Virus record (IMG/VR): IMGVR_UViG_2595698869_000001
Location: 107,214-171,213 of that record
Reading direction: 5' to 3' (one strand)
DNA length: 64,000 nt
DNA from: a virus
Lineage: Duplodnaviria > Heunggongvirae > Uroviricota > Caudoviricetes
The stretch's first letter is position 1; each line of letters begins with the position of its first letter. The translations under genes were made by a program, and so were the position numbers. The notes beneath the pieces are model-generated. The model did not search any database and had not been told where the DNA came from. It saw only the letters and a list, made by a program, of their open reading frames with translations. Of the stretch, positions 1 through 9,056 are shown piece after piece.

Positions 1-540
1 CACGGTCTCGCGATAGCGCGTCTCGGCGATCCCGACGCTCAGGCCCTTGCTGCACCAGAGCAGCCATTCGCGCCGCCAGTTCTCCTTCAGCGAGGCGGGG
101 ACCACCACCAGCACGCGGCGGATTTTCTTGATCGCGTTGGAGACGCCGATCGCCTGGATCGTCTTGCCCAGACCCGGCGGATCGGCGATCAGGGTGTCGC
201 GCCGCCCCGGCAGGGTGGCGAAGTCGATCCCGGCCCGCTGGAAGGGCTTGAAGTCCCAGCCCTTGGCCTCGACCGCCTTGGAGATCGGCGGCCAGAAATC
301 ACAGTCGGCCTTGTAGGACAGCGCCCGGCTGATATTGGCCAGATGCTCGCGGCGCCCCAGTTCGTCAAGCGCGTTGCTCTTCCAGACCACGCCGGGCACC
401 GCCAGGGCTACGGCCGGGTTGTGGGTGATCAGCGCCCGGCGCGGCGGGCTCCAGGTGAAGCCGGCCTCCTGGAACCGCTTGCGGTCTTCCCATTCGGTGA
501 CGGCCCAGAAGTAGCCGTCGCGATAGTCGATAAAAGCCAT
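1..540 (-). CDS. SNF2-family DEAD/DEAH helicase, N-terminal part (gene continues past window start)
   Basis: Reverse translation from ATG at 538-540 gives MAFIDYRDGY...DPPGLGKTIQAIGV...VLVVVPASLKENW (helicase motif I/Ia); high GC3; no stop before position 1. Confidence 0.75.
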   Translation of the reverse strand, partial: MAFIDYRDGYFWAVTEWEDRKRFQEAGFTWSPPRRALITHNPAVALAVPGVVWKSNALDELGRREHLANISRALSYKADCDFWPPISKAVEAKGWDFKPFQRAGIDFATLPGRRDTLIADPPGLGKTIQAIGVSNAIKKIRRVLVVVPASLKENWRREWLLWCSKGLSVGIAETRYRETV

Positions 541-606
541 GGGCGCCGCACGTGGTTAACGCGCGGACTGTCGCCCATCACGACACTAGATGTCAAGATT
601 CATGAC
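541..606 (-). promoter_or_regulatory. Promoter for SNF2 helicase with GAATC (GANTC) abutting -35 TTGACA
   Basis: minus strand reads tcatGAATCTTGACAtctagtgtcg; same GAATCTTGACA arrangement as at 6639 and 9057. Confidence 0.45.
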
Positions 607-678
607 TTGACCCAAGGCGTTAACCATGTCACGTTCGCCGCACGGCCGAGAGATCGGCCGGTCACAAGGAGAACTATC

Positions 679-978
679 ATGACCCTGATCGTCAAGATCA
701 TGTCGGGCGAGGACCTGCCCGACACCGCGCCCGAAAAGCGCTTCACCCTCCACGCCGGCGTCAAGTCCTTCCATCCGGTGGTCCAGCCCCCGGAGGCTCC
801 CGGCGGCCAGCCCTACTGCTATGTCCGGCTCTACATCGCCGACCCGGTCAAGACCGCCGCCGTGCCCGGCTTTGTCGAGCATGAGGTCACGGTCGAGGCG
901 CCGGGCAACGTCTATGTGATGAACGAGGCCGGCAAGACCATCGCCACCTGGACCCCGCCCTGCGGCAGGCCGAACTAG
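679..978 (+). CDS. hypothetical protein (100 aa)
   Basis: ATG preceded by AAGGAGaactatc; high GC3; convergent with leftward genes. Confidence 0.5.
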   Translation: MTLIVKIMSGEDLPDTAPEKRFTLHAGVKSFHPVVQPPEAPGGQPYCYVRLYIADPVKTAAVPGFVEHEVTVEAPGNVYVMNEAGKTIATWTPPCGRPN

Positions 979-1211
979 GTTTCGCCAGCTTCCGAACCCG
1001 GCGCGTCATCCCAGGCCGCCGGGTTCTTCTGCCAGCCCATCCGCTCCAGGACGGCTTGACAGTTCAGAGGCGCACTACCGTCCTTGGGCTCGTCCCCCAG
1101 GACCAGGAAGACGAACCGCCGTCCCTTGGGGGCTCGGTAACGCAAGCGCAGGTCCCCGTCCTCCGAGACGATCTCGCAAGACGTCATATTGACGACTTCA
1201 CCAGCACGCAT
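975..1211 (-). CDS. hypothetical small protein (78 aa)
   Basis: Start overlaps upstream stop (TGATG), AAGGAAG SD; tail of ORF 975..1880, rest of that ORF is R/P-rich junk. Confidence 0.45.
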   Translation of the reverse strand: MRAGEVVNMTSCEIVSEDGDLRLRYRAPKGRRFVFLVLGDEPKDGSAPLNCQAVLERMGWQKNPAAWDDAPGSEAGET

Positions 1212-1783
1212 CACGCAGCTTCCTTGATTTCCCGAGCCCGCTCGGTCCAGATCATCAGATCGTAGTCGGCCGGGCTCATCCCGGCGCGATCGGCCAGCGC
1301 CAGGAAGGCCTCCTCCAGCCGCCGGTAGACCTTGGCGTTGCCCGGCGTGGCCTTGGGGACCTCGATCCCGTGTTCGGCCAGATGCGCCAGGATGTGGGTG
1401 TCGAGCGCCGCCAGCCGCTGGTTGGGGCGCGAGTGCATCAGGAACATTCGGGCCGTCTTCGGTCCGACGCCGTGGATCGTCTCGAACTTCTCGACCGGGT
1501 CGGCGCGCAGGTCCAGGCCCCAGACGCTCTGGGTGAAGCAGGCCTCCAGGCGCCCGTACTGACCGATGCCGAACATCTCCATGTAGCGCCGCAGCTTGTC
1601 TTCGTGGATGGCGCACCGCAGCTTGTCGAACGGCGAGACGCCGGTCATGGCGTAGAGCATGCGGTCGAGCTTGGCGGCCTGGACGTCGGCGGTCTTGCCC
1701 GCGACGATGCAGGAAAACAGCCAGAATTCCTCCAACTCGGCGTCGGTGCGGTCGAACTTGGTGACGTTGCGCGGGTCGATCAT
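1211..1783 (-). CDS. HhH-GPD superfamily DNA glycosylase-like protein
   Basis: Helix-hairpin-helix motif ...IHGVGPKTARMFLMH...; start ATG overlaps upstream stop (TGATG). Confidence 0.6.
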   Translation of the reverse strand: MIDPRNVTKFDRTDAELEEFWLFSCIVAGKTADVQAAKLDRMLYAMTGVSPFDKLRCAIHEDKLRRYMEMFGIGQYGRLEACFTQSVWGLDLRADPVEKFETIHGVGPKTARMFLMHSRPNQRLAALDTHILAHLAEHGIEVPKATPGNAKVYRRLEEAFLALADRAGMSPADYDLMIWTERAREIKEAA

Positions 1784-2262
1784 CAGGGGGCCTTTGCGGC
1801 GGGGGTGGTCTTGTACTTCTTGGCGTGGCGCAGGCCCTTCCACGAGGCCTTGTAGCCGTCGAGGTTGCGCCAGCCGCCACAACAGGGCGCGCCGCAGGAA
1901 CAGCGCATGTAGGCCTTCTCGGCGTGCCCGCGATTGACTAGGACCTTCATCGCCGAGGCGGTGTATTCGTCCGGCGTGGGAAAGACCTTCTCGGGGTCGG
2001 CCGCCATCTCGATCAGCAGCCGCTTGGGGCCGTCGTTTTGGCACCTGCGGCAGTAGGCGACCTCGTCATAGGCCAGGGCCTCGGCCTCTAGCTCGGCCTG
2101 GGCCTTGACCTCCTCGACGAGTTCCTCGTAGGTCTGAGCCCCGCTCAGGTAACGCGAGACCTCGTGGGTCCTCGGGAGCGCCTTGGCGCAATCCCGACAA
2201 TGGACGGTGTAGGTCGCCGTCCAGGCGGCGCGCTCGATATCGTCGAGATCGTAGGCTGTCAC
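1783..2262 (-). CDS. Cys-rich hypothetical protein (GTG start)
   Basis: High-GC3 C-terminal part of ORF 1783..2490; GTG overlaps upstream TGA (GTGA); CRDC/CRRC/CSCGAPCCGG motifs. Confidence 0.45.
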   Translation of the reverse strand: MTAYDLDDIERAAWTATYTVHCRDCAKALPRTHEVSRYLSGAQTYEELVEEVKAQAELEAEALAYDEVAYCRRCQNDGPKRLLIEMAADPEKVFPTPDEYTASAMKVLVNRGHAEKAYMRCSCGAPCCGGWRNLDGYKASWKGLRHAKKYKTTPAAKAP

Positions 2263-2711
2263 AGGTGCGGAGCCAGTTCGCGGTCCATGCGGTCGAGTTC
2301 GCCACGCTTGTGGAGTTCGGCGACCCGGTGCAGGGCGATCAGTTTCTGCTCGATATAGGTCATGGTCGCGGGCGAACGGGTCGGGAGTTCCGACAGGCCC
2401 GTACCGATGCCGTCCGAGGGCCAGACCACGATGCCGCCTTTCTTGACGTGGGTGAAGAGCCGGCGGAAGTCCTCGTCGATCGTCCGGCACTGGGCGTCGA
2501 CCGCCACCGGATCGTCGCCGAAGAAGTCGGTGTCGTGCATGCCCGGCGTGCGCTTGGTCGCCACGCCCACGGCGTTGGGCTCCCCGCGCATGTGCCCGGC
2601 TTGGCCGCCCATGCCCTTGCGGATCATGTTGTCGCCGAACACGTAGAGCACGTCGGGATTGCGGCGCAGGTCTTCGCGGAAGATGCGGTGTTGGTAGATG
2701 AGGGGCATCGG
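2259..2711 (-). CDS. hypothetical protein (150 aa)
   Basis: ATG with AAGGA SD directly after terminator hairpin; motif VFGDNMIRKGMGGQAGHMRGEPN; N-terminal part of ORF 2259..2879 is junk. Confidence 0.55.
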   Translation of the reverse strand, partial: PMPLIYQHRIFREDLRRNPDVLYVFGDNMIRKGMGGQAGHMRGEPNAVGVATKRTPGMHDTDFFGDDPVAVDAQCRTIDEDFRRLFTHVKKGGIVVWPSDGIGTGLSELPTRSPATMTYIEQKLIALHRVAELHKRGELDRMDRELAPHL

Positions 2712-2720
2712 GCGATCCTT

Positions 2721-2750
2721 GAAAAGGCGGGGACCGGCGAACCGGTCCCC
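2721..2750 (-). terminator. Rho-independent terminator after rIIB
   Basis: GGGGACCGG-ttcg-CCGGTCCCC stem followed by U-tract on minus strand. Confidence 0.55.
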
Positions 2751-2766
2751 TGGAGGTGGGGTTCTG

Positions 2767-4395
2767 TTAGGCGCCGTGCGCCGCGACATAGGCCTTGGCG
2801 TAGGCCTCGCGGTAGGCGGCCTCGTGGACCACGCCCGCTTCGTCGGTGAGGTCCTCGAACGCCTCGTAGTGGACGCCATTGGAGGCGTCCAGGTCGAAAA
2901 CGCCGTCGAGCCGGGCCTGCTGGGCGTCGGCGCGGCCGTCGATGTCGCCCACGAGCTTGGCCCAGGCCGCGTATTGCGCCTCGACCACCGCGTCGAAGGC
3001 GGCGATGTAGGCGTTGCTCATCGCCGCCTCGCTGTCGAGCGGCGATTCGGTGACGTCGTTGTAGCGCTCGCCCTCGAAGCCGTCGAGGATATCGACGATC
3101 GCGTCGGCCAACGCGTCTTCGTCGGTTTCGGCCATCGCCTCGGCGATCGCCTTATGGGCGTCTTGCTCGCCCCAGGTCCGAGCGATGCTCTCGCCCAGGA
3201 CCGCGTCCTCGGTCGGGAAGCCGTTCTCGTCGAGCACCGGATCGGTGCTTTCGGCCGTTTCTTCGTCCTCGGCTTCGGGGCCGGGGTCGGTTTGCTCGGC
3301 GTCAGCCTTGCCGGCGGCGAAGGCCTCGCCATAGCCGCGCACATAGCCCTCCGAGTAGGCTTGCCGGGCCGAATCGGGGCCGTCGCTGAGTTCGCCCGGC
3401 ATGTCGAAAGACGCGTCATACTCCCAGCCGTTCTCGGCGTCGGCGGCCCCGGCCTTGCGACCAGCTTCTTCGCCGGCCTTGTCCCAGTTGGTCTCGACGT
3501 CGTCGAACGACACCGACACCTCGGCGGTGGTCGCGGCTTCCGGCGCCGAGGCCGTCACGGTCACGCCGTCGGCGGCCGTGGCGTCGGTGGCGTCTTCCGG
3601 GTCCTCGACCGGCGCGGCGGCCTTCTCCTCGGCGAAGCGCCGCTCGACGGCGGCCGAGAAGTAGTTCTTGGCGTCGGCCTCGGGGATTTCGGCCAGCACT
3701 TCCATCTTGCAGCAGCGCAGCTTGGCTTGGTTGTAGTCGGTCGGGATCGCCGTCACGTCGCTCGGATTGATCTCGACGATGATGATCTTGCCGACGCCGT
3801 TGTGGAACTGGAGCAGGTAGTCGAACGAGCAGGCGTGCAGGCCACGCGAGCAGAGCGAATTGCGGTTGGGGTCGCACTTGTCGCGGTCCATCTCGACCGT
3901 CGAGCCGATCTTGTATTCGACCGTGCCCGAGTGGTGGTCGAAGAAGTCGGCGCGCACGCGCTTGAAGGCGTGGAAGTTGCCGTCCGGGGTCAGGGGCAGG
4001 CGACCCTTCTCCAGGAAGGCGTAGAGGTCAGCCGCGATCGACTTGTCGGGGTTGAGGTGAACCTTCTCGATGAACTTGGTCAGCGGCTCGATGTCGAAGC
4101 CTTCCGACAGCACGCGCTTGAAGGTGCCGGCCGCCACGTAATCGATCACGTGGCCGTCCAGGCGCAGACGGTCGCGGTCATCGAGGATGACGCGCCCGAA
4201 CGACTGGGCCGCGACATAGGCGGCGACGTCGGCGATCAGGCGGATTTCGTCGATGTCCTGCGGCACCTTGCGCAGGGCTTCCTCCAGCTTCTTGGCCTGG
4301 GCCGAGGCGCGGGGGAACACGCGGTAGCGACCATCGAGCGTGATCGAGATCACGTCGTTGGTGATCGTCGACGCGATCTTCTTGGGGGTGGTCAT
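2767..4395 (-). CDS. rIIB: rIIB-like protein
   Basis: Blocks matching T4 rIIB: ISITLDGRY, FHAFKRVRADFFDHHS, CSRGLHACSFDYL, INPSDVTAIPTDYNQAKLRCCKMEVL; acidic low-complexity tail; AAGGAGA SD. Confidence 0.8.
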   Translation of the reverse strand: MTTPKKIASTITNDVISITLDGRYRVFPRASAQAKKLEEALRKVPQDIDEIRLIADVAAYVAAQSFGRVILDDRDRLRLDGHVIDYVAAGTFKRVLSEGFDIEPLTKFIEKVHLNPDKSIAADLYAFLEKGRLPLTPDGNFHAFKRVRADFFDHHSGTVEYKIGSTVEMDRDKCDPNRNSLCSRGLHACSFDYLLQFHNGVGKIIIVEINPSDVTAIPTDYNQAKLRCCKMEVLAEIPEADAKNYFSAAVERRFAEEKAAAPVEDPEDATDATAADGVTVTASAPEAATTAEVSVSFDDVETNWDKAGEEAGRKAGAADAENGWEYDASFDMPGELSDGPDSARQAYSEGYVRGYGEAFAAGKADAEQTDPGPEAEDEETAESTDPVLDENGFPTEDAVLGESIARTWGEQDAHKAIAEAMAETDEDALADAIVDILDGFEGERYNDVTESPLDSEAAMSNAYIAAFDAVVEAQYAAWAKLVGDIDGRADAQQARLDGVFDLDASNGVHYEAFEDLTDEAGVVHEAAYREAYAKAYVAAHGA

Positions 4396-4416
4396 GGTCG
4401 TCTCCTTGAGACCGGC

Positions 4417-6540
4417 TTAGCTGAACGCCAGGGTGAGCGGGATGGCCTTGATCAGGCCCGGCAGGGCCTTGATGCAGGCGGTGATCTGCGCCTCGGTCGA
4501 GGCGTGGTTCATCATGTCCAGGTATTTCCGGACCGGGTGGTTGTAGTGCTTGTAGACCTTCTGGTGGCCCTCTTCGATGATCTGGATCGTCTTGCTCTTG
4601 GGCGGGGCCTTGTAGGAGCCGTTCTCCTCATAGAGCGACTTCAGGTAGGAGCGCTCGCGCTCGGTCCATTCGGCGATGTTCGCCGCCAGGAACGGCTTGA
4701 GCGCCACGAAGAAGGCCGCCAGCGGCGAGGAGGTCATGCGGCCCAGGGCGTCGTATTCCGCCGGGCAGTGCTTGACCGCGCGGGTGAAGAACCCGAAGGC
4801 CGTCGACGAGGAGGAGAACTTCCCCAGCAGGTTGACGCACTCGTCGAGCGCGATCTTGTGCTTGGCTTGCAGGGCCGCGTCCACGGCCGCGCGCAGCGAC
4901 GGGATGTTGGCCTCCTCGACGTGCTTCTGGGCGGTCGGCGAGGCGATGTAGATGTGCTTGATCCCGAACTTGTTGGCCACCACGAAGGTGTCCTCGGGCT
5001 TCTTGCGGTACTGGTCCGACGAGACCCAGGCCACGCCGCCATCGAGATTGGTCTCGACCTCGACCACCGCCCGCTGCTCGCCCGCCCGCTTGGCCAGGGC
5101 CAGACCCCGGATCGGCGGGGTGTAGACCGCCTGCGGCTTCTTGCCCTCGACCCGGCGCGGCACCACGCCGCGCAGGTCGTCGATGTCGACCTCGACGAAC
5201 TTGGCCTTCGGCAGGGCGCATTTCCAGAACTTGGCGGGCTTGTCGAACGCCAGCAGGAAGTCGCCGGACTTCACCTTCAGCTTCTCCTCCAGGTAGAGGC
5301 GGAAGAGCCGGGCCAGACGGCGGGTCTCGCTCTGGCTGAACTCGCTCTGCGTCGAGGCGTCGCGCGAGGGGTCCATCAGGTCGGAGACGTCGCGGATCAC
5401 GTAGAAGGTTCGCTCGGCGTCATTGTCGAGAGACAGGGTCTTCTCGATGCGGTAGCCCCAGCGCTCGCGGTACTGGTCGAACGTGGCCTTGTAGATGCAC
5501 GACACGCCCGAGAAGGAGATGCTGGAGGTGGTCAGACCCGTCGCCGGATGGGTCACCGACTTGTTGAGGAACTGCGGCTTGAGCTTGTTGTAGGTCTTGA
5601 AGAACTCGACCACCGGCTCGATGTCCTTGACCTTGTCCCAGATCACCATCTCGACCTCGGTGGTGATCTCGCCGATCTTCTTGATCAGGGCCTCGACCGC
5701 GTCGGGCTTGTACTGAATCTCTTCCCGCGACGGGATCGGCTCCACCGTGCCGATCGGCACCGTGATCAGCCATTTGCGGCCCATGTCATGCGGCAGCGTC
5801 AGCCCGCCCTTGTTGGCCAGCGGATAGATCACGCAGCCCTGGCGCACGTTCCAGACCGAGGGCAGGGCCGAATTCTCGTAGGCCGCCCAGGTGCCGTCGG
5901 CGGCCTCGAACTGCGGGGTCCCCAGGCCCTGGCCCAGGTCGATGTTGGTGTCGAACATCGGCGAGTAGCCGAGCGCGACGTTGCGGATTGCCTTCTCGAA
6001 GGCGGGGAAGTCCTTGGCCGCCACGCCGACCGTGACGCGCACCCCGACCGGCTCGGCGCACTCCTCGGTGCCCTGGAGCATGATCCGGGGCCGGCCGCCC
6101 TCGCCGATCGCGGCGGTATAGTGACGCACCACGTCGCCGTCATAGCAGGACACCGAGAACTGGCTGGTGTAGGCGAACGGGCTCTTGGAGCCCAGGCCGA
6201 AGGCGCCGACCAGATCGTCGGTCTGGTCCTTGTCCGACTCGAACAGCGTCGAGTAGAGGAACATCACCTTCTCGTGGCTCATGCCGACGCCATAGTCGCG
6301 GACGTAGAATTCCGGGCGCAGTTCGTTCGGAGCGTGGACGAAGAAGGTGCCCTTGTAGCCCGAAACCAATTGGGAGTCGTAGGCGTTGGTGGTGACTTCG
6401 CGCACCATCGAGCCGATCTTGTCCGAATAGAGACCGTCGATCAGCATCCGGAAGGCCTTGCCGGAGGCCTTGATCGTGAACTCCTGCTCCTCCTCGACCC
6501 CGATGGTTTCAAGGATGACGGGCTCGGCTCCAAGACGCAT
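4417..6540 (-). CDS. rIIA: rIIA-like protein with N-terminal HATPase_c (GHKL) domain
   Basis: N box VREVTTNAYDS, G1 box DYGVGMSHE, G2 box GAFGLGSKS; immediately upstream of rIIB; start ATG at 6540 with GGAG SD downstream of cassette promoter. Confidence 0.8.
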   Translation of the reverse strand: MRLGAEPVILETIGVEEEQEFTIKASGKAFRMLIDGLYSDKIGSMVREVTTNAYDSQLVSGYKGTFFVHAPNELRPEFYVRDYGVGMSHEKVMFLYSTLFESDKDQTDDLVGAFGLGSKSPFAYTSQFSVSCYDGDVVRHYTAAIGEGGRPRIMLQGTEECAEPVGVRVTVGVAAKDFPAFEKAIRNVALGYSPMFDTNIDLGQGLGTPQFEAADGTWAAYENSALPSVWNVRQGCVIYPLANKGGLTLPHDMGRKWLITVPIGTVEPIPSREEIQYKPDAVEALIKKIGEITTEVEMVIWDKVKDIEPVVEFFKTYNKLKPQFLNKSVTHPATGLTTSSISFSGVSCIYKATFDQYRERWGYRIEKTLSLDNDAERTFYVIRDVSDLMDPSRDASTQSEFSQSETRRLARLFRLYLEEKLKVKSGDFLLAFDKPAKFWKCALPKAKFVEVDIDDLRGVVPRRVEGKKPQAVYTPPIRGLALAKRAGEQRAVVEVETNLDGGVAWVSSDQYRKKPEDTFVVANKFGIKHIYIASPTAQKHVEEANIPSLRAAVDAALQAKHKIALDECVNLLGKFSSSSTAFGFFTRAVKHCPAEYDALGRMTSSPLAAFFVALKPFLAANIAEWTERERSYLKSLYEENGSYKAPPKSKTIQIIEEGHQKVYKHYNHPVRKYLDMMNHASTEAQITACIKALPGLIKAIPLTLAFS

Positions 6541-6615
6541 GGCAAACTCCGAAAGGCAGGCTTGAGTGAATGTGTTGCCGATCCTTCTAGCGAGGCGTTC
6601 TGGCTCTGTCAACAC
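6541..6615 (-). promoter_or_regulatory. Cassette promoter + leader for rIIA/rIIB
   Basis: GTGTTGACA-N16-CTAGAAG on minus strand (TGTCAACAC at ~6607-6615 on plus). Confidence 0.55.
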
Positions 6616-6638
6616 ACTCCAGCCTGCCGGGATGTCGT

Positions 6639-6680
6639 GAATCTTGACGTTCCGCGACGCCTGAGGCATGCTCGTATTCA
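6639..6680 (+). promoter_or_regulatory. Rightward promoter with GAATC abutting -35 (TTGACG)
   Basis: gtGAATCTTGACGttcc; diverges from rIIA promoter. Confidence 0.4.
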
Positions 6681-6775
6681 TGCGGAACATCACGGCTGAA
6701 GCGACGGGCAAGACCCGCACTTGCACGTCCGAGGATTATCCCTGGCCCCCGCGCGGGTCCGAGGGATGCGATTGC

Positions 6776-6919
6776 ATGGAAAAGTCCAGCAACCCCAAGC
6801 GCGACTTCATGCTGATCGCCGACCGCACCGGTGTAATCGTATGGTACGCGAGGATGACATGCCCGATTCACGGCCCGAAGATCAAGACGTCGGACGTCGC
6901 AACCGAATCCACGACCTGA
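6776..6919 (+). CDS. possible small ORF (47 aa)
   Basis: Moderate GC3, GAGGGA upstream; overlaps 6859 gene in another frame; uncertain. Confidence 0.25.
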   Translation: MEKSSNPKRDFMLIADRTGVIVWYARMTCPIHGPKIKTSDVATESTT

Positions 6920-7266
6920 TCGTCGGCGACCCTCGGGAGGACGCCCGCTACGCCCGCAAGCTCAGCAACCGCGACAAGACGATGTTCGTCTGCGGGGTCC
7001 TCAACCATCCCGCCTCGGCTTTCGATCTCGATCTCCCGTTCCCGATCGAGGACTGGATCGCCTCGGACGACAATTCCCTGGTCTGCGCCGGGCTCTACCT
7101 GACCGATCTGCGCCTCCAGTTCTACGAGGCCCTGGCGCCGGCCCAGGACGACGAGCAGGCCTTCGTCCGCCAGGGCGAGGCCGAGTTCTGGTATCACCGC
7201 TTCAACGTCATGATCGAGCGGCGCGCCCACGGCGTGCTGGTCACCGACGGGCGCGTCCTCCATTGA
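6859..7266 (+). CDS. hypothetical protein (start uncertain)
   Basis: Very high GC3 from ~6920 on; ATG 6859 has GAGGA SD but first 20 codons have low GC3; true start may lie downstream. Confidence 0.45.
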   Translation: MPDSRPEDQDVGRRNRIHDLIVGDPREDARYARKLSNRDKTMFVCGVLNHPASAFDLDLPFPIEDWIASDDNSLVCAGLYLTDLRLQFYEALAPAQDDEQAFVRQGEAEFWYHRFNVMIERRAHGVLVTDGRVLH

Positions 7267-7637
7267 GCAGCGATCTGCCCCTCTACGATGGCGCGCTGAC
7301 GGGCAAGCTCGTCGGCCGCTTCGTGCGCGCCGGGCAGGCCTTCGACGTCGTGCGTCCCGGCTTCGACGCCCAGGGGATCAAGCGCCAGACCTGGACCCAG
7401 ATCGTCCATGGCGGCGTTCCCGTCTTCGAGGTCAAGGTCCGCACCGATCTCGACAACGTGATCGACCGCTTCGACGAACTGTGGGAGCGCCATATCGGCG
7501 AGGACGAGGACCTGCTCGCCCGCGCCCTGGCCTCGGTCAAGAAGGAGCGGACCGCCAAGTTCCGGGATGGCAAGTCGGGGGTCACGCCGGCCCCGACCGT
7601 CCACGACGTCCGCATCCCCACCGCCTATAGCGGTTGA
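7263..7637 (+). CDS. hypothetical protein (TTG start overlapping upstream stop)
   Basis: Very high GC3 throughout; TTGA overlap with upstream gene. Confidence 0.5.
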   Translation: MSSDLPLYDGALTGKLVGRFVRAGQAFDVVRPGFDAQGIKRQTWTQIVHGGVPVFEVKVRTDLDNVIDRFDELWERHIGEDEDLLARALASVKKERTAKFRDGKSGVTPAPTVHDVRIPTAYSG

Positions 7638-7716
7638 CATTTTGTTGGCGTTCGAGGGTTGACAGCCCGGATTTCATGACTTAGATGCCTCCTCGACGAC
7701 AACGAAGGAGGTTCTC
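7634..7716 (+). promoter_or_regulatory. Tandem TTGACA boxes + CTTAGAT -10 + GACGACAACGAAGGAGG leader for recombinase gene
   Basis: ggTTGACAttttg...gggTTGACAgcccggatttcatgaCTTAGATgcctcctcGACGACAACGAAGGAGGttctcATG. Confidence 0.5.
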
Positions 7717-8343
7717 ATGCCCAAGCGGATCAAAGGCAAGCGCATCGCCCTGCACCGGGCCAAGGTGCTCGACGCCGACGAGTTCAACAACCTGATCGAA
7801 GGCGTGTCCCGCCGCGAGCACGGTCTGCGTGACCGCGTGCTCTTCAAGCTCTCCTTCTATTGCGGCCTGCGCGTCGCCGAGATCGCCGGCCTGGAGTGGC
7901 GCAAGCACCTGCTGGACGCCAGCGGCCGTCTGCGTCCCGCCATCCACGTCACCCACGACATCGGCAAGAACTCGGTCGAGCGCTTCATCCCGATCGAAGC
8001 CTCGCTGGCCGAGGACCTGCGCACCCTGCGCAAGACCTGCCGCGACAAACGCTTCGTCATCTACCCCCTGCGCGTGACCATGCGCGGCGGCCCGGAGAAG
8101 ACCGACGCCAACACCCTGGCGCAATACATGCGCCGGACGTTCCTGGAGTTCGGCCTGGACGGCGCCTCGTCGCACTCGGGCCGCCGCACCTTCATCACCG
8201 ATCTCGCGCGGAAAGCGAACCTCGTGGGTTGCTCGCTCCGGGACATCCAGGGCATGGTGGGTCACAAGCGGATCGAGACCACCGGCAGCTATATCGAGAC
8301 CAGCCGGCAGCAGGACCAACTTGTCGCCCTGGTCCTGCGATAG
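7717..8343 (+). CDS. Tyrosine recombinase, catalytic domain only (208 aa)
   Basis: Box [18 protein letters not shown] (H-x-x-R), [13 protein letters not shown] (catalytic Tyr); no N-terminal core-binding domain. Confidence 0.7.
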   Translation: MPKRIKGKRIALHRAKVLDADEFNNLIEGVSRREHGLRDRVLFKLSFYCGLRVAEIAGLEWRKHLLDASGRLRPAIHVTHDIGKNSVERFIPIEASLAEDLRTLRKTCRDKRFVIYPLRVTMRGGPEKTDANTLAQYMRRTFLEFGLDGASSHSGRRTFITDLARKANLVGCSLRDIQGMVGHKRIETTGSYIETSRQQDQLVALVLR

Positions 8344-8352
8344 GAGGGCGCG

Positions 8353-8766
8353 ATGACCTATGTCTGCACCGCCGAGACCGACGAGATCATCAACGCCCAG
8401 CCCGTCGATCTGGACGCGGCCGAGGCCCTGCTGCGTCCGCGTCCGAACTTCGCCAAGGCCAGGGGCGTCTGCCGCGAGTGCGGCGCGCCCAAGAACGAAC
8501 GGCGCCTGGGTGCGGACTTCTGCTCGACCCGCTGCCGCTCGGATTTCCACAACCGGGCCAAGATCGAGGGCGCGTCGCTGATTCACATCGTCAAGCGCTG
8601 GCGGCGCTATCGTCGCCCTGGCGACTTCGCCCTGATGACCAAGATGGCGGACGACCTGATCCGCGCCGACAAGCTCGCCAACCGCAACTTCTATCCCGAC
8701 CCGCCGGCCACGGCTCACGCCAAGGTCGTCGCCACCAACATCGCCGGGCGCCGCAAGGCCCGCTAG
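8353..8766 (+). CDS. Zn-ribbon protein, hypothetical
   Basis: AGGAGGgcgcgATG; CRECGAPKNERRLGADFCSTRC motif. Confidence 0.55.
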   Translation: MTYVCTAETDEIINAQPVDLDAAEALLRPRPNFAKARGVCRECGAPKNERRLGADFCSTRCRSDFHNRAKIEGASLIHIVKRWRRYRRPGDFALMTKMADDLIRADKLANRNFYPDPPATAHAKVVATNIAGRRKAR

Positions 8767-8780
8767 TCCAGGAGTACAGT

Positions 8781-9035
8781 TTGACCACACCGAACCAAGT
8801 CCCCGTCCACACCGTCGAGAGCGGTGGTCACCTCTTCCAGGTCTATGCGGCCCCGGAGAACCACACCCACCGCTACCTCGGCTATTGCGACGGGGCGATC
8901 AGCGTCAGCGGCTCCAGCGTTGACGTCGTCCTGCGGGCCTTGGTGACCAAACATCCGGCGGTGCGGCCCAGCGGCGAGGTGATCGATTTCACCGCCTATC
9001 GCCTCAAACGCCTGGGCGAGGAGTTCGCCGCCTGA
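8781..9035 (+). CDS. hypothetical protein (TTG start)
   Basis: AGGAG + 7 nt + TTG; high GC3. Confidence 0.45.
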   Translation: MTTPNQVPVHTVESGGHLFQVYAAPENHTHRYLGYCDGAISVSGSSVDVVLRALVTKHPAVRPSGEVIDFTAYRLKRLGEEFAA

Positions 9036-9056
9036 CGTCGTGATTTAACACTGTCA

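Noticed and set aside
2259-2711. Macro-domain or DUF4326 assignment for the 150-aa protein with the VFGDNMIRKGMGGQAGH motif
   Set aside because: The motif does not match macro (GGGV...) or the C-x-C-x2-CH DUF4326 signature. The latter fits the 49822 gene better. Left as hypothetical.
2698-6699. 1333-aa plus-strand ORF and many other 100-500-aa ORFs antisense to real genes
   Set aside because: Arg/Gly/Pro/Ala-rich low-complexity translations with no codon-position GC bias. These are the usual open antisense frames of 65% GC DNA.
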